A DNA stretch of 64,000 nt from an uncultured bacterium (GCA_963766885.1 CAVYBO010000002.1:464606-528605); one strand, 5' to 3'. Counted from the first letter of the stretch, positions 29,843 to 39,840 are shown. Program-made: numbers and translations. Notes: generated by a model not told the origin, from the sequence alone.

Positions 29843-29869
29843 ACCTCTTCCGAAAGAGGTATTTTTATT
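29843..29869. terminator. bidirectional intrinsic terminator
   Basis: Hairpin ACCTCT-TCCGAA-AGAGGT followed by ATTTTTATT. The reverse strand is also T-rich after the stem. Confidence 0.45.
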
Positions 29870-30263
29870 CCCTCTTTTTGAGTTCAATTTCTTCTTTAGT
29901 CAAATCAAACTTAACTGTAAATTTATCAAAAAATCCATTCTGTCCAACCAAACCATACGGCATAACATTTCCAGCAACACTTTTCATAAAACCGGCTTCT
30001 ATTTCATAAGGCCAGCCACCAACTTCAATAGTTATCTTATGAAAATAATACACAGATGCTTTGCCACCAACACCAAAAACTTCTCTCATTGGAGCATTCT
30101 TCAAATTAATATCTAACACTTCAGCAAGCTCCGCATCAAAAATACAGAGATCCGCACCAGAATCAACTAGCACCTCATAACTGATTTTCTTATCTTTATT
30201 AACAAGAGTTATTGGTATAACTGGACGCAATGTTTTTCCGTAGCGTTTGTAGCGAAATTTCAT
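29865..30263 (-). CDS. retropepsin-like (clan AA) aspartic protease
   Basis: 132 aa with an active-site motif LVDSGAD (D-S/T-G-A). It is about the size of a single retropepsin monomer. Confidence 0.62.
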   Translation of the reverse strand: MKFRYKRYGKTLRPVIPITLVNKDKKISYEVLVDSGADLCIFDAELAEVLDINLKNAPMREVFGVGGKASVYYFHKITIEVGGWPYEIEAGFMKSVAGNVMPYGLVGQNGFFDKFTVKFDLTKEEIELKKRE

Positions 30264-30454
30264 AGAGAACCTACGTAAGCAGAAATATTATCTGGCATGC
30301 GAGTAAATATTGGATTGTCACATCCTTTTTTACCCGCTTCCTTCATAGCTTCTTTGAGGGTTTTGCCCGATCCCAAAACAGTTTGCTCATCTTTTGCAAG
30401 AGCAACCCAAAGCCCTTTGTATTTTTTGTATATTTTAGTCCAGTCTATTGCCAT
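30260..30454 (-). CDS. small protein co-transcribed with the retropepsin-like protease, possibly DUF5678-like
   Basis: 64 aa. Its stop overlaps the protease start by 4 nt (ATGA). The sequence is MAIDWTKIYKKYKGLWVAL..GCDNPIF. Confidence 0.4.
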   Translation of the reverse strand: MAIDWTKIYKKYKGLWVALAKDEQTVLGSGKTLKEAMKEAGKKGCDNPIFTRMPDNISAYVGSL

Positions 30455-30498
30455 ATGTAGATTATAGACGAATAAAATCTAGATATCAAACAGCAGAT

Positions 30499-30675
30499 TT
30501 ATTTTAGGATCACTAATAAAGTTATCACCGAGACAATAAAAATAGCAATGGAAATAATAAGAGTTGCAACAGAAATACACCGAGCAATTTTTGACTCTTT
30601 ATGGATTCCCCTGATTGCTTCATTATCTGGACTATCAGGAGGAGGTGTAAATGAATCTGTACTGAATGCTGACAT
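30499..30675 (-). CDS. small tail-anchored membrane protein of about 58 aa
   Basis: ORF MSAFSTDSFTPPPDSPDNEAIRGIHKESKIARCISVATLIISIAIFIVSVITLLVILK with a single C-terminal TM helix. It is below the ORF-track length cutoff. Confidence 0.22.
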   Translation of the reverse strand: MSAFSTDSFTPPPDSPDNEAIRGIHKESKIARCISVATLIISIAIFIVSVITLLVILK

Positions 30676-30696
30676 ATAAATATTTAAGTCAAAAAA

Positions 30697-30930
30697 TTAT
30701 GTTTTCTTTCCTAATTTATCCCCCACACTATTTATTTCAGCTTTACAGTATCCCCCGTCATTATATATTTCGATGATTTTTGATTTCATTTTACTTGAAA
30801 GTTTATCGTTCCAATATAATTCCATTGTCCCTTCACTAAAAGAGTACCAGTGATTGCGTGGTTCAATTAAATTTTTCTTAGTTTCTTTGATAGATGCCCC
30901 ATTCAAAACAGCTATGTTAGCCTCTATCAT
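30697..30930 (-). CDS. hypothetical small protein
   Basis: 77-aa ORF. The frame stays open another 54 codons upstream without an ATG, so a non-ATG start or a degraded gene is possible. Confidence 0.3.
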   Translation of the reverse strand: MIEANIAVLNGASIKETKKNLIEPRNHWYSFSEGTMELYWNDKLSSKMKSKIIEIYNDGGYCKAEINSVGDKLGKKT

Positions 30931-31243
30931 CTTATCAAAATAATCCTCGCTCTCCTCAATATCAATTATTAATGCTATTCTTTGTACGCATTTTTCCTCA
31001 ATATTTTTGCTTATTTTCCAATCCTTTCTTTCCCCTCCTGATGCCTTAAAAGAAAGTATCTCTTCTTTAATTAATCTATTCTAGTCCGAATACGCCTTAT
31101 CTAGTCTTGCATAAGTTCCTTGAATTCTAGAAAAATGATCTTCTAATTCTTTTTCCGAAAAAACTGGATTAAAAGTATTTCGCATAGTTTAATATTATAT
31201 TAATATAAATTTATAGAAACAAAATGCTTAGGGTACTAAAAAA

Positions 31244-31714
31244 TTACCACGCAAAGTGAGCAAAGGCTTTGTTTGCTTCTGCCATTTTGTGAGTGTTTTC
31301 GCGCTTTTTGACGGCTTCGCCTTCATTTTTGTGTCCAGAAATTATTTCCTCAGCCAGTTTCAAGTGCATTGGCTTGCCCTTTTTGTTGCGAGCTGCTTCC
31401 ACAATCCACTTGATGGCCAAGAAGTTTCTTCTTTCTGGACGGACTTCTCTGGGCACCTGATAGTTGGCTCCTCCTACTCTGCGGCTTCGCACTTCCATCG
31501 TTGGTCCTGTGTTTTTGAGAGCGCTCTCAAAAATTTCCAAAGGATTTTCAACTTTCAAATCTGTTTTGATTTTTTCAAATGCGCCGTAAACGATTTTTCT
31601 AGCAGCGTTTTTTTTGCCGCTTTCCATAACGTAATTGATCAGTTTGGAAACTTTTTCAGAATCAAAATTGATGTCTGGCTTTACTTTATTTCTGTTTTTT
31701 ACTGCGCGTCTCAT
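31244..31714 (-). CDS. rpsG: 30S ribosomal protein S7
   Basis: 156 aa with S7 signature, directly downstream of rpsL. Confidence 0.9.
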   Translation of the reverse strand: MRRAVKNRNKVKPDINFDSEKVSKLINYVMESGKKNAARKIVYGAFEKIKTDLKVENPLEIFESALKNTGPTMEVRSRRVGGANYQVPREVRPERRNFLAIKWIVEAARNKKGKPMHLKLAEEIISGHKNEGEAVKKRENTHKMAEANKAFAHFAW

Positions 31715-31749
31715 TTTGTATTTAAATTTATTTAAAAATTAGATTGAAT

Positions 31750-32163
31750 TTATGCAGCCTTTGGCCTCTTGGTTCCGTACATTGACCTTTCTTTTCTTCT
31801 CTTCTCAACACCTGTCGTATCCAAAACACCGCGGACAATTGTGTATCTAAGCCCTACATCTCGCACCTTTCCGCCTCTAAGCACCACCACTGAGTGCTCT
31901 TGAAGATTGTGTCCTTCACCCGGAATATACGCTGTAACTTCCATACCGTTTGTAAGGCGCACTCTGGCAATCTTGCGAATAGCTGAGTTTGGCTTCTTTG
32001 GAGTTTTGGTTGTAACCTTTGTGCAAACACCTCTTTTAAAAGGAGATGCATAAAAAGTCGGTCGGTTTTTGAGTACGTTAAATCCACGGCGAAGAGCAAC
32101 AGCCTTAAGCTTCTTGGCTTTTTGTTTTCTGGATCCTCTTGCTAATTGGTTGATTGTTGACAT
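31750..32163 (-). CDS. rpsL: 30S ribosomal protein S12
   Basis: S12 core ([11 protein letters not shown] ... PKKPNSA). The longest ORF extends to 32199. The start was chosen at MSTINQL. Confidence 0.88.
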   Translation of the reverse strand: MSTINQLARGSRKQKAKKLKAVALRRGFNVLKNRPTFYASPFKRGVCTKVTTKTPKKPNSAIRKIARVRLTNGMEVTAYIPGEGHNLQEHSVVVLRGGKVRDVGLRYTIVRGVLDTTGVEKRRKERSMYGTKRPKAA

Positions 32164-32251
32164 CGATAAATTTAAAAACGGCCAAAAGACCGTAGGCAAT
32201 ACTTTAATATGGAATATTCATAAATGCAAGCTGTAAAAGTCTTACCTAACC

Positions 32252-32884
32252 TCAAAAAGCCACCCCCGTAAGAAATTGGAATAAATCCATAACAATTGGT
32301 GCAATAATTGAACCTATAAAAACCACAAAAATAATCAAAATGATGAATGAGTAAGGCTCTATTTTGTGCATAACTTCTCTAAATTTCAGTGGGAAAAGCG
32401 AAGTTAGAACTTTAGAGCCATCAAGCGGAGGAATTGGAATCAAGTTAAAAATAGCCAAATACAGATTAACGAGCACAATATAAGCAGCAAGCATTCCTGC
32501 GGTTGAAGACGCGTTTGGAAGAAACCTTATGTATGCGGAAAAAATTAAAGCCAGAAAAACATTTGCTGACGGACCCGCCACCGCCACAATCATTTCTCCC
32601 CACCTTCTGTTCCTTAAATTATATGGATTATACGGCACAGGCTTTGCCCATCCAAAAATCGGGCCGCCAAAAAGATAACAGAGCGCAGGAAAAATGATTG
32701 AGCCGAACAAATCAATATGCTTCAGAGGATTAAGCGTCAGCCTGCCCTGGTATTTGGCAGTTGGATCCCCAAGAAAATAAGCGGCGTAGCCATGAGAAAT
32801 CTCGTGAAGCACCACGGACATAATCAAAACCACAATCGCAAAGAAAAAGTTGATTTCCATAGAAGTATATGATAGCATTTCCAA
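32252..32884 (-). CDS. site-2 protease family (peptidase M50) membrane metalloprotease
   Basis: 210 aa with an HExxH motif (HEISH) inside a TM helix and several TM segments. The start may be the internal Met at 32860. Confidence 0.68.
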   Translation of the reverse strand: MEMLSYTSMEINFFFAIVVLIMSVVLHEISHGYAAYFLGDPTAKYQGRLTLNPLKHIDLFGSIIFPALCYLFGGPIFGWAKPVPYNPYNLRNRRWGEMIVAVAGPSANVFLALIFSAYIRFLPNASSTAGMLAAYIVLVNLYLAIFNLIPIPPLDGSKVLTSLFPLKFREVMHKIEPYSFIILIIFVVFIGSIIAPIVMDLFQFLTGVAF

Positions 32885-32917
32885 ACATTTTTCAAATAGG
32901 AAAATTACATAAAATTT

Positions 32918-33157
32918 ATGAAAACCTGTCCAATTACCCTCAAAGGCTCAAAAGTTCAAGGAAGTTATTCAAACCGCACTCGTGCGCAGCAATATAATCC
33001 TTGCGGCAAATCACGCAGCCAGGTAAATCTTCAAAAAAAGACTATCTTTATTCCTGAACTCAATAGAAGCATCACTCTGACAATTTCAACCAAGGCTATT
33101 AAGACTATCCAAAAAAACGGCGCTTATAAAACTCTCAAGACTGCGGGGTTGATATAA
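32918..33157 (+). CDS. rpmB: 50S ribosomal protein L28
   Basis: 79 aa. The stretch SYSNRTRAQQYNP..VNLQKKTIFIPELNRSITLTISTKAIKTIQKNG matches the L28 pattern (SHS.R...R.F.PNLQ..R....E..r.v.LrvSakalr.Idk.G). Confidence 0.62.
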   Translation: MKTCPITLKGSKVQGSYSNRTRAQQYNPCGKSRSQVNLQKKTIFIPELNRSITLTISTKAIKTIQKNGAYKTLKTAGLI

Positions 33158-33182
33158 AAATACTCACCTTGTATGGTGAGCT

Positions 33183-33536
33183 TTACTTAGGCCAGAGGGG
33201 AACCCTCCTGATGTATATATCTACATGCGTATATAGCAAATGGTGAAAGAATTTTCCCTGGCAGAGCGGGCATCTTAAAATTACGCTGCCCGCCGCGGCA
33301 TCATTTGGAATCGGCTTTTTTCTTGAAAAACCAACCATAGCATCAAACCACCGCTGTTCTCTGTTGCCTTTTATCAAAGCCAGTCTTCCAAACTCATCAC
33401 AATGAGGGCAGCACATCCCCGCAGCATACCAAGTTTCAGCGGTAAACTGTTCACCCCACTCCTGAACTATAAGCTTATTGTACTCAATCATAAATTCAGG
33501 CTTAAAGATAAGATAAAAATTAAAATATGCAAGCAT
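33183..33536 (-). CDS. hypothetical zinc-ribbon protein
   Basis: 117-aa ORF with CPHC ... CPLC motifs. The true start may be the internal MIEYNKL. Confidence 0.35.
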   Translation of the reverse strand: MLAYFNFYLIFKPEFMIEYNKLIVQEWGEQFTAETWYAAGMCCPHCDEFGRLALIKGNREQRWFDAMVGFSRKKPIPNDAAAGSVILRCPLCQGKFFHHLLYTHVDIYIRRVPLWPK

Positions 33537-33604
33537 TTTTGTAATAAGATTATCTTTTGGCCGTCTTTGGTATAATAATTAAGTTATAAATTTATATAAA
33601 ATAT

Positions 33605-34219
33605 ATGAAATTCACAGAGCAAAAATTTGAAATTCCTGAAATTGAGGGAATTTCTCAAAAAACAATTGGGGAGCATCTCAAACTTTATGCCGGATACGTC
33701 AAACACACAAACCTAATTCAAGAAACAATAGCGGAAATGAGTAAATACACTGGTCACGAAACAATGGGCCCCGGCACAACTTATGCAATCAATGAAATGC
33801 AGAGACGTTTTGCTTTTGAGTTTGATGGAATGCGAAACCACGAATATTATTTTGAACAACTTGAAGGCGGAGCAAATATGGGCGATAAAGACGGCCCACT
33901 TTCCAAACAAATGGCAAAAGACTTCGGTAGCTCGCAAGTCTGGTTTGAAAAATTCAAAGCTCTGGCAATGACCCGCGGCATCGGTTGGGCAATTCTGTAT
34001 TACGACAAAAAAACAGATACTCTCCTCAACCACTGGATTGATGAACAACACTTTGGACATTTGAACGGCTTAGATTTTATTTATGGAATAGATATGTGGG
34101 AACATTCGTACATGATCGACTATGTTCCAGCTGACAAAAAGAAATACGTAGAAGCTTATTTGATGGCCACAAACCAAGCGGTTGTGGAAAAAAGATTTGC
34201 ATTGGCAAAGAATTCTTAG
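33605..34219 (+). CDS. Fe/Mn-family superoxide dismutase
   Basis: 204 aa. The C-terminal domain (GWAILYYD...DMWEHSYMIDY...NQAVVEKRF) matches the SOD pattern (GW.WL.....D.WEHAYY..Y.N.R..Y). Confidence 0.72.
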   Translation: MKFTEQKFEIPEIEGISQKTIGEHLKLYAGYVKHTNLIQETIAEMSKYTGHETMGPGTTYAINEMQRRFAFEFDGMRNHEYYFEQLEGGANMGDKDGPLSKQMAKDFGSSQVWFEKFKALAMTRGIGWAILYYDKKTDTLLNHWIDEQHFGHLNGLDFIYGIDMWEHSYMIDYVPADKKKYVEAYLMATNQAVVEKRFALAKNS

Positions 34220-34286
34220 TATATAATTAAGTTATGAAACAGAACATTTAGAAAGGGGGTAAATCTAAAGTCCGTTTTAGCCGGAC

Positions 34287-34349
34287 AGATCGGTTGCCTC
34301 CGATCTTGGGAGCGCAGTACCCCGGTCTGGTACTGCGCTCTCTCCTTTT
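34287..34349 (+). terminator. tandem hairpins plus a T-tract forming an intrinsic terminator after the SOD gene
   Basis: Hairpin AGATCGG-TTGCCT-CCGATCT is followed by a 12-bp GC-rich stem GAGCGCAGTACC/GGTACTGCGCTC and then TCTCCTTTT. Confidence 0.5.
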
Positions 34350-34357
34350 ATATATAT

Positions 34358-35713
34358 CTAAAAACTAATAAACGCCCATGGCAGATTACCAAGGAATTCC
34401 ACTACAAAAATAATCCAAGCAAGGCAGAAATTTAAAATCAAAACTAGCGGATACAATAATACTCCAAGAAAGCCAAAAACCGCCACAATAATTCCAAGAA
34501 TTGTAACCCAAGGCACAAAAGGCAGAACCAAAATATTTGAAATCGGCGCAATGACAGAAAAATTGTGCATTTCATAAAGTATATAAGGCGCCACTAGAAT
34601 TTCTACAGCGGTGGTCTGAGACAAAATCTCCCGTATTTGGAATTTTTCTGGCACTTTCACAAAAATTTTTTCTATTTGCGGAGTCAAATTTATAATTGCA
34701 AATGTTGCCAGAAATGTCAGAGCAAACGATGGATCAAAAACCAGCTCAAAAGGATTCCAAAACACCATTGCTCCGGCACCCAGCAGAAGTGCTCGGTTTT
34801 GGCGAACTTTCCTGTGCATAATTTTACCACTCAGACCCGTCGTTGCCATTATCGCGGCGCGAATAACAGACGCCGAACTGCCTGCCATAATTACAAAAGC
34901 TAAAACAAGAAGAAATATTACAAAAGCCCTCCATTTTATTTTTAATTTTGATAAAAGTAATGAGGCAAAGGCAACCACAAGCGCAATGTTGTATCCGGAT
35001 ATCACAACAATATGCATCAGTCCCGCGCGCAAAAAGTCATTTTGCAAATCTGCTGGAAGCGCCCCCTTGCCCGCAATAACCATTCCAGACAACAGCGATG
35101 CATACGGCTCGGTAAATAAATTATTTATATTATTTTCAAAATAATTTTTGAAATTAAAAAGAATTCGTATAATTGGATTGCCAGAAAATCCTCCGCTTGA
35201 GACAATATGCGGATAATATATTTCTTGCATTACTCCTTGTGCTTTTTCATAGGAAACATAATCAAAGGAGTCATCAAAATTTTTAATCGGCGCGAGCTTG
35301 CCCTCAATTGAAAAACTTTCTCCGTAATAAATTTCTGTTGAAAGAGGAAAAATAATCAGAATATCGCCTTGTTTTGTCTTTAAAACCGCCTTTTCTGTGT
35401 TCTGCCCGTTGCTCAATTCTTGTTTTATAAATCCAGAAAATACCGATTTTTCTTGAATATTATTTAGAGGAGAATTTTGAAACTCTGTTTGATTTTCTGC
35501 AAACCGCCATCCGCCGGCGCAGATTCCAAGAAATAGAAACATTATCAGAATCAGGTATTTTTGATTCTTCTTTTCTAAAAAGAAACAAACAAAAAGTGTT
35601 GAAGCAATTAAAATAGCAAGCCAATAAAAATTTGCTGCCAGTAAATTTATTGAAGCAATAAACACTCCGATCAAAATTCCCAAAAGAAAAAACGCTGCCG
35701 ATCTGCCTTTCAT
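34358..35713 (-). CDS. comEC: ComEC/Rec2-family competence protein (competence domain only)
   Basis: 451 aa with several TM segments. The competence-domain motif is GLMHIVVISGYNIALV (compare the H-x-hh-SG-hH motif of ComEC). Confidence 0.62.
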   Translation of the reverse strand: MKGRSAAFFLLGILIGVFIASINLLAANFYWLAILIASTLFVCFFLEKKNQKYLILIMFLFLGICAGGWRFAENQTEFQNSPLNNIQEKSVFSGFIKQELSNGQNTEKAVLKTKQGDILIIFPLSTEIYYGESFSIEGKLAPIKNFDDSFDYVSYEKAQGVMQEIYYPHIVSSGGFSGNPIIRILFNFKNYFENNINNLFTEPYASLLSGMVIAGKGALPADLQNDFLRAGLMHIVVISGYNIALVVAFASLLLSKLKIKWRAFVIFLLVLAFVIMAGSSASVIRAAIMATTGLSGKIMHRKVRQNRALLLGAGAMVFWNPFELVFDPSFALTFLATFAIINLTPQIEKIFVKVPEKFQIREILSQTTAVEILVAPYILYEMHNFSVIAPISNILVLPFVPWVTILGIIVAVFGFLGVLLYPLVLILNFCLAWIIFVVEFLGNLPWAFISF

Positions 35714-35722
35714 TTTTTATTT

Positions 35723-36454
35723 TTACTTTTTTCTCAAAAAATCGTTTGTAATCTGTTCTTCATCTTCACGCGACAGAGCTTTTTTGAATCTAACATTGTT
35801 TTTACCTTTTACTTTTTCTTCGCATTCAGTCCAAGTCTTGTGCAAACCTATCTCACCATTTACTAAACTGACATAAGAATATGCCTTGCCTCCTTTTGCA
35901 CGATTTTTTAAACCGTCTTTTATTTCGGCTTTGGCGGAATTAACTTTTAAATCAAAAATTAGCACGCTGTAATCTTTGAGTGCTCCATCAAAAAGTTTTG
36001 GATTCTTTCTGTCTGCAAATGCCGTTGCGATTTCATCGCAACGCTCATTGCCAGCCACTCCAACATGCCCTTCCACAACTTTCCATGAAACATCAAATCC
36101 ACCTGCTGCTTCTACAAGCTTCTGCCACAAATCTTTATTGGAAACTTCTTTGTTGTCCTTGGTCTTCCAGCCGTTCTGCTGCCAGCCAAAAACCCAAACG
36201 GAGATCCCTTTGATGACATATGTTGAATCCGAATAAAAAATAATTTCTCCATCAATTCTTCTATTTTTTAATTCTTCAAAAGCGCCAATTGCAGCGGCAA
36301 GCTCCATTCTGTTGTTGGTTGTCTTTTTCTCGCCATTTCCAAGTTCAAAAACATTTGTGATTTTTTCACCTTTTACACAAACAATTGCTCCCCAGCCCCC
36401 AGGACCAGGATTGCCTCTTGAAGATCCATCAGTAAAAATAATAATTTTGCTCAT
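35723..36454 (-). CDS. rnhA: ribonuclease HI with a C-terminal extension
   Basis: 243 aa. The N-terminal RNase H fold (IFTDGSSRGNPGPGGWG ... NNRMEL) carries the conserved DEDD-type residues. Confidence 0.8.
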   Translation of the reverse strand: MSKIIIFTDGSSRGNPGPGGWGAIVCVKGEKITNVFELGNGEKKTTNNRMELAAAIGAFEELKNRRIDGEIIFYSDSTYVIKGISVWVFGWQQNGWKTKDNKEVSNKDLWQKLVEAAGGFDVSWKVVEGHVGVAGNERCDEIATAFADRKNPKLFDGALKDYSVLIFDLKVNSAKAEIKDGLKNRAKGGKAYSYVSLVNGEIGLHKTWTECEEKVKGKNNVRFKKALSREDEEQITNDFLRKK

Positions 36455-36488
36455 TGAAATATTATCTCAAATTATTTGAGAAACGCAT

Positions 36489-38216
36489 CTAATTCAAAAT
36501 ATCAATAACTCTAATACGGGCTTTGGGCCTGCCGAAAAAGGATTTTTCTAGATTTCCGACAATGTCTTTTTTTGCTCCGACTTCGGCTTTGGAGATTAAA
36601 TCTTCGGTGGCAAAAAATGCGATTGATTCTATTGAAAAGCCCTTCCCGCCGGTTAAAATAATTTTAAGATGCTTTTTTTCTTTGCCAAAAAAATCAACTT
36701 TCTCAAAAAAACAATTCTTGAAAACAAATACAGGCTTTTCGTTGGCAATTCCAAAAGGACTTAGCTTTTCTATTTCCGAAAAATTTTTGAGATTTGCTTC
36801 TTCAAGCTCTAATTCTTTGTCGATCCAAATTATTGCCGAACCTTGAAATTCTTTTGCCTCTATCTCGTATGCTTTGGCAATTTCATCTTCGAGTAAATGA
36901 ATGGTCTCATAAGAAACTGAAAATCCTCCGGCCATATGGTGTCCGCCAAATTCCGTCAAAATCCCAGGCGGGACTTTTTCCATAATCGCAGTCAGACTTA
37001 CTCCTTCTGGCGCGCGGCAAGAGCCTTTGATCAATCCAACCATTTCTTCTTTACCCCAAAGAAATACTGGTTTCATCTCTGTTTCAACCATAGTGCCTGC
37101 CACAATTCCCAAAAGGGACAGCTTCCAGGCCGGCGAACCGGCAACAATAACCTTGTTTGAAAAATACGGCGAGTATTTGGCTTCAACCATTTTTTTGACT
37201 TCCTTTGAAAGATGAGCGGTGATTGTTTTTCTTTCCTGATTTACTTTTTCCAGAGTTGCAACAATTTCTGCTGCTTCATTTTCATCTTTTGTCGTAAGCA
37301 ATCTCAGAGCATCCACCGATCTGCCCATTCTGGATGCAGCGTTTATTCTTGGCGTAATCATAAACCCGACATCGTCTTCGGTAAGGTTTCTTGGATCAAT
37401 TTTTAGCATGCGCAAAAGCTTGATCAATCCAATTCTTCTAGTTTTGCGAAGGACAATCATTCCGTATTTTGCAAGCAACCTGTTTTCGCCGCGAAGCGGC
37501 ACCATATCAGAAAGCGTTGCCATACCAACCACATCAAGCAGCCATTTTTCAAATCCTTCAGGCGCGCCGAATCTTTCACGAGCCAAAATTGCGCAGACAA
37601 CTTTCCAAGTCACAGCAGCGCCGCAAAGCATTTTTTCCGGATATTCCAGCTCATCTTTCTTGGAAATTTTTGGATTAACAATTGCATAAGCTTGCGGCAA
37701 ATTTTCTTTGGGCAAATGATGATCTGTGATTATCAAATCCACGCCAAGCTCCTTGGCAAACTTGGCTTCTTCCAAATCGCCGATTCCGCAGTCCAAGGTA
37801 ATAATCAAACCGGCTCCGTCTTTGACTAATTTCTCAAGAGCTTCCTTGTGCAATCCAAAACCTTCTTCGTTTCTGTTTGGAATATAATTTAGAAAATTTT
37901 TGTAGCCGATTTTATCAAAAAAATCATAAAAAACCGTAGCCGCTGAAAGTCCATCCGCATCATAATCAGAATATATTACAATTTTTTCTTCAGATTTGAT
38001 TGCCTTTATAATCCTATCAACTGTTTTTTCCATACCGTGTAAAAGATACGGGTCGTTTAAATTTTTATCAAAATCAGGATTCAAAAATAGATTTGCTTCA
38101 TCAGCCTCAATCCCTCGGTGAAACATTAAGTACGTTAGAATTGGAGAAAACCCGATGAATTTGTTCTTTTCTTCATCGGTCAAAAGCTTCCTGATGGCAT
38201 ATTCTTTCTTCACCAC
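36489..38216 (-). CDS. recJ: single-stranded-DNA-specific exonuclease RecJ
   Basis: 575 aa with DHH motifs (DYDADG, LIITDHH) and a DHHA1 domain. Confidence 0.85.
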   Translation of the reverse strand: MVKKEYAIRKLLTDEEKNKFIGFSPILTYLMFHRGIEADEANLFLNPDFDKNLNDPYLLHGMEKTVDRIIKAIKSEEKIVIYSDYDADGLSAATVFYDFFDKIGYKNFLNYIPNRNEEGFGLHKEALEKLVKDGAGLIITLDCGIGDLEEAKFAKELGVDLIITDHHLPKENLPQAYAIVNPKISKKDELEYPEKMLCGAAVTWKVVCAILARERFGAPEGFEKWLLDVVGMATLSDMVPLRGENRLLAKYGMIVLRKTRRIGLIKLLRMLKIDPRNLTEDDVGFMITPRINAASRMGRSVDALRLLTTKDENEAAEIVATLEKVNQERKTITAHLSKEVKKMVEAKYSPYFSNKVIVAGSPAWKLSLLGIVAGTMVETEMKPVFLWGKEEMVGLIKGSCRAPEGVSLTAIMEKVPPGILTEFGGHHMAGGFSVSYETIHLLEDEIAKAYEIEAKEFQGSAIIWIDKELELEEANLKNFSEIEKLSPFGIANEKPVFVFKNCFFEKVDFFGKEKKHLKIILTGGKGFSIESIAFFATEDLISKAEVGAKKDIVGNLEKSFFGRPKARIRVIDILN

Positions 38217-38366
38217 TCAATTATATCACCGGAAAATCAATTACCCATCCCAACCCAAAAATTATTTTTCAAATCCTCTGAAAACTTGTAAGCATTGGCA
38301 TGAGAAAGAACACCTAGATAGGATTGTAAGGAGGATTCCATTGTATTTTTTGAAATGGTTCCGTTT

Positions 38367-39323
<957 letters not shown>

Positions 39324-39674
39324 ATGAATGATTTTGATATACCGATTTTTAAAAAATCCTACAATCTGTACAAAGATTTCTACGAGATTCGTTTGTCCGT
39401 TCCCAAACAGGATAGATACACTCTCTGGCAGAAATGCGAAAGCACTTTGATTGAGATTATCGAGCGTATTCTTCTGGCAAGTCAGCAGTCTAAAATGGAG
39501 AAACTTCCTACTCTGGAGAGAACAAGCGTCAAATTGAATTTCCTCCGAGTTTGTATCCGTCTGATGAAAGACACCAAAGCAATCGATACCAAAAAATATA
39601 TTGTCATCGAAGCGCATCTTGATGAAATTGGAAAAATGCTTGGAGGATGGATAAAGTCCACCAAGGAGCGATAA
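39324..39674 (+). CDS. avd: DGR accessory variability determinant (Avd), encoded on the strand opposite to the RT and TR
   Basis: 116 aa, about the size of the Avd four-helix bundle. The C-terminal HLDEIGKMLGGWIKSTKER closely parallels the Bordetella phage BPP-1 bAvd C-terminus (AEVGRILGSWIARVNRKG). Its start ATG (39324) abuts the RT start codon, forming the divergent junction CAT|ATG. Confidence 0.72.
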   Translation: MNDFDIPIFKKSYNLYKDFYEIRLSVPKQDRYTLWQKCESTLIEIIERILLASQQSKMEKLPTLERTSVKLNFLRVCIRLMKDTKAIDTKKYIVIEAHLDEIGKMLGGWIKSTKER

Positions 39675-39676
39675 CA

Positions 39677-39705
39677 GAAACTCCCACTGTAAAAGTGGGA
39701 GTTTC
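39677..39705. promoter_or_regulatory. perfect 11-bp stem-loop between avd and TR
   Basis: GAAACTCCCAC-TGTAAAA-GTGGGAGTTTC. It lies immediately 3' of avd on the plus strand and immediately 3' of TR on the minus-sense TR RNA. Confidence 0.45.
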
Positions 39706-39725
39706 TTCGGATAGAGTTGTGACTG

Positions 39726-39840
39726 CCGGGAGGCGGAGACACTGAGGTTGTCGTTGCGGTTGTTGTCCCAGTTGTTGTTGACGTTCAGACCCTTGGCATC
39801 GAAGTTGCCGAGGTTCACACGGTTGCCATTCGAGTCGAGA
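39726..39840 (-). repeat. DGR template repeat (TR), 115 bp, sense strand is minus
   Basis: Direct repeat of 40200..40314. All 18 mismatches are T on the plus strand, meaning A on the minus strand, in this copy. Its minus-sense translation is rich in AAC codons (NVNNNWDNNRNDN). Confidence 0.88.

Noticed and set aside
39324-39818. N-terminal 165 codons of the longest RT ORF (38367..39818, MNLGNFDAKGLNVNNNWDNNRNDNLSVSASRQ...)
   Set aside because: This segment is the TR read in frame and mirrors the target C-terminus. It overlaps the Avd gene on the opposite strand. The conserved DGR RT N-terminus begins at MKIYNNLFP (39323).
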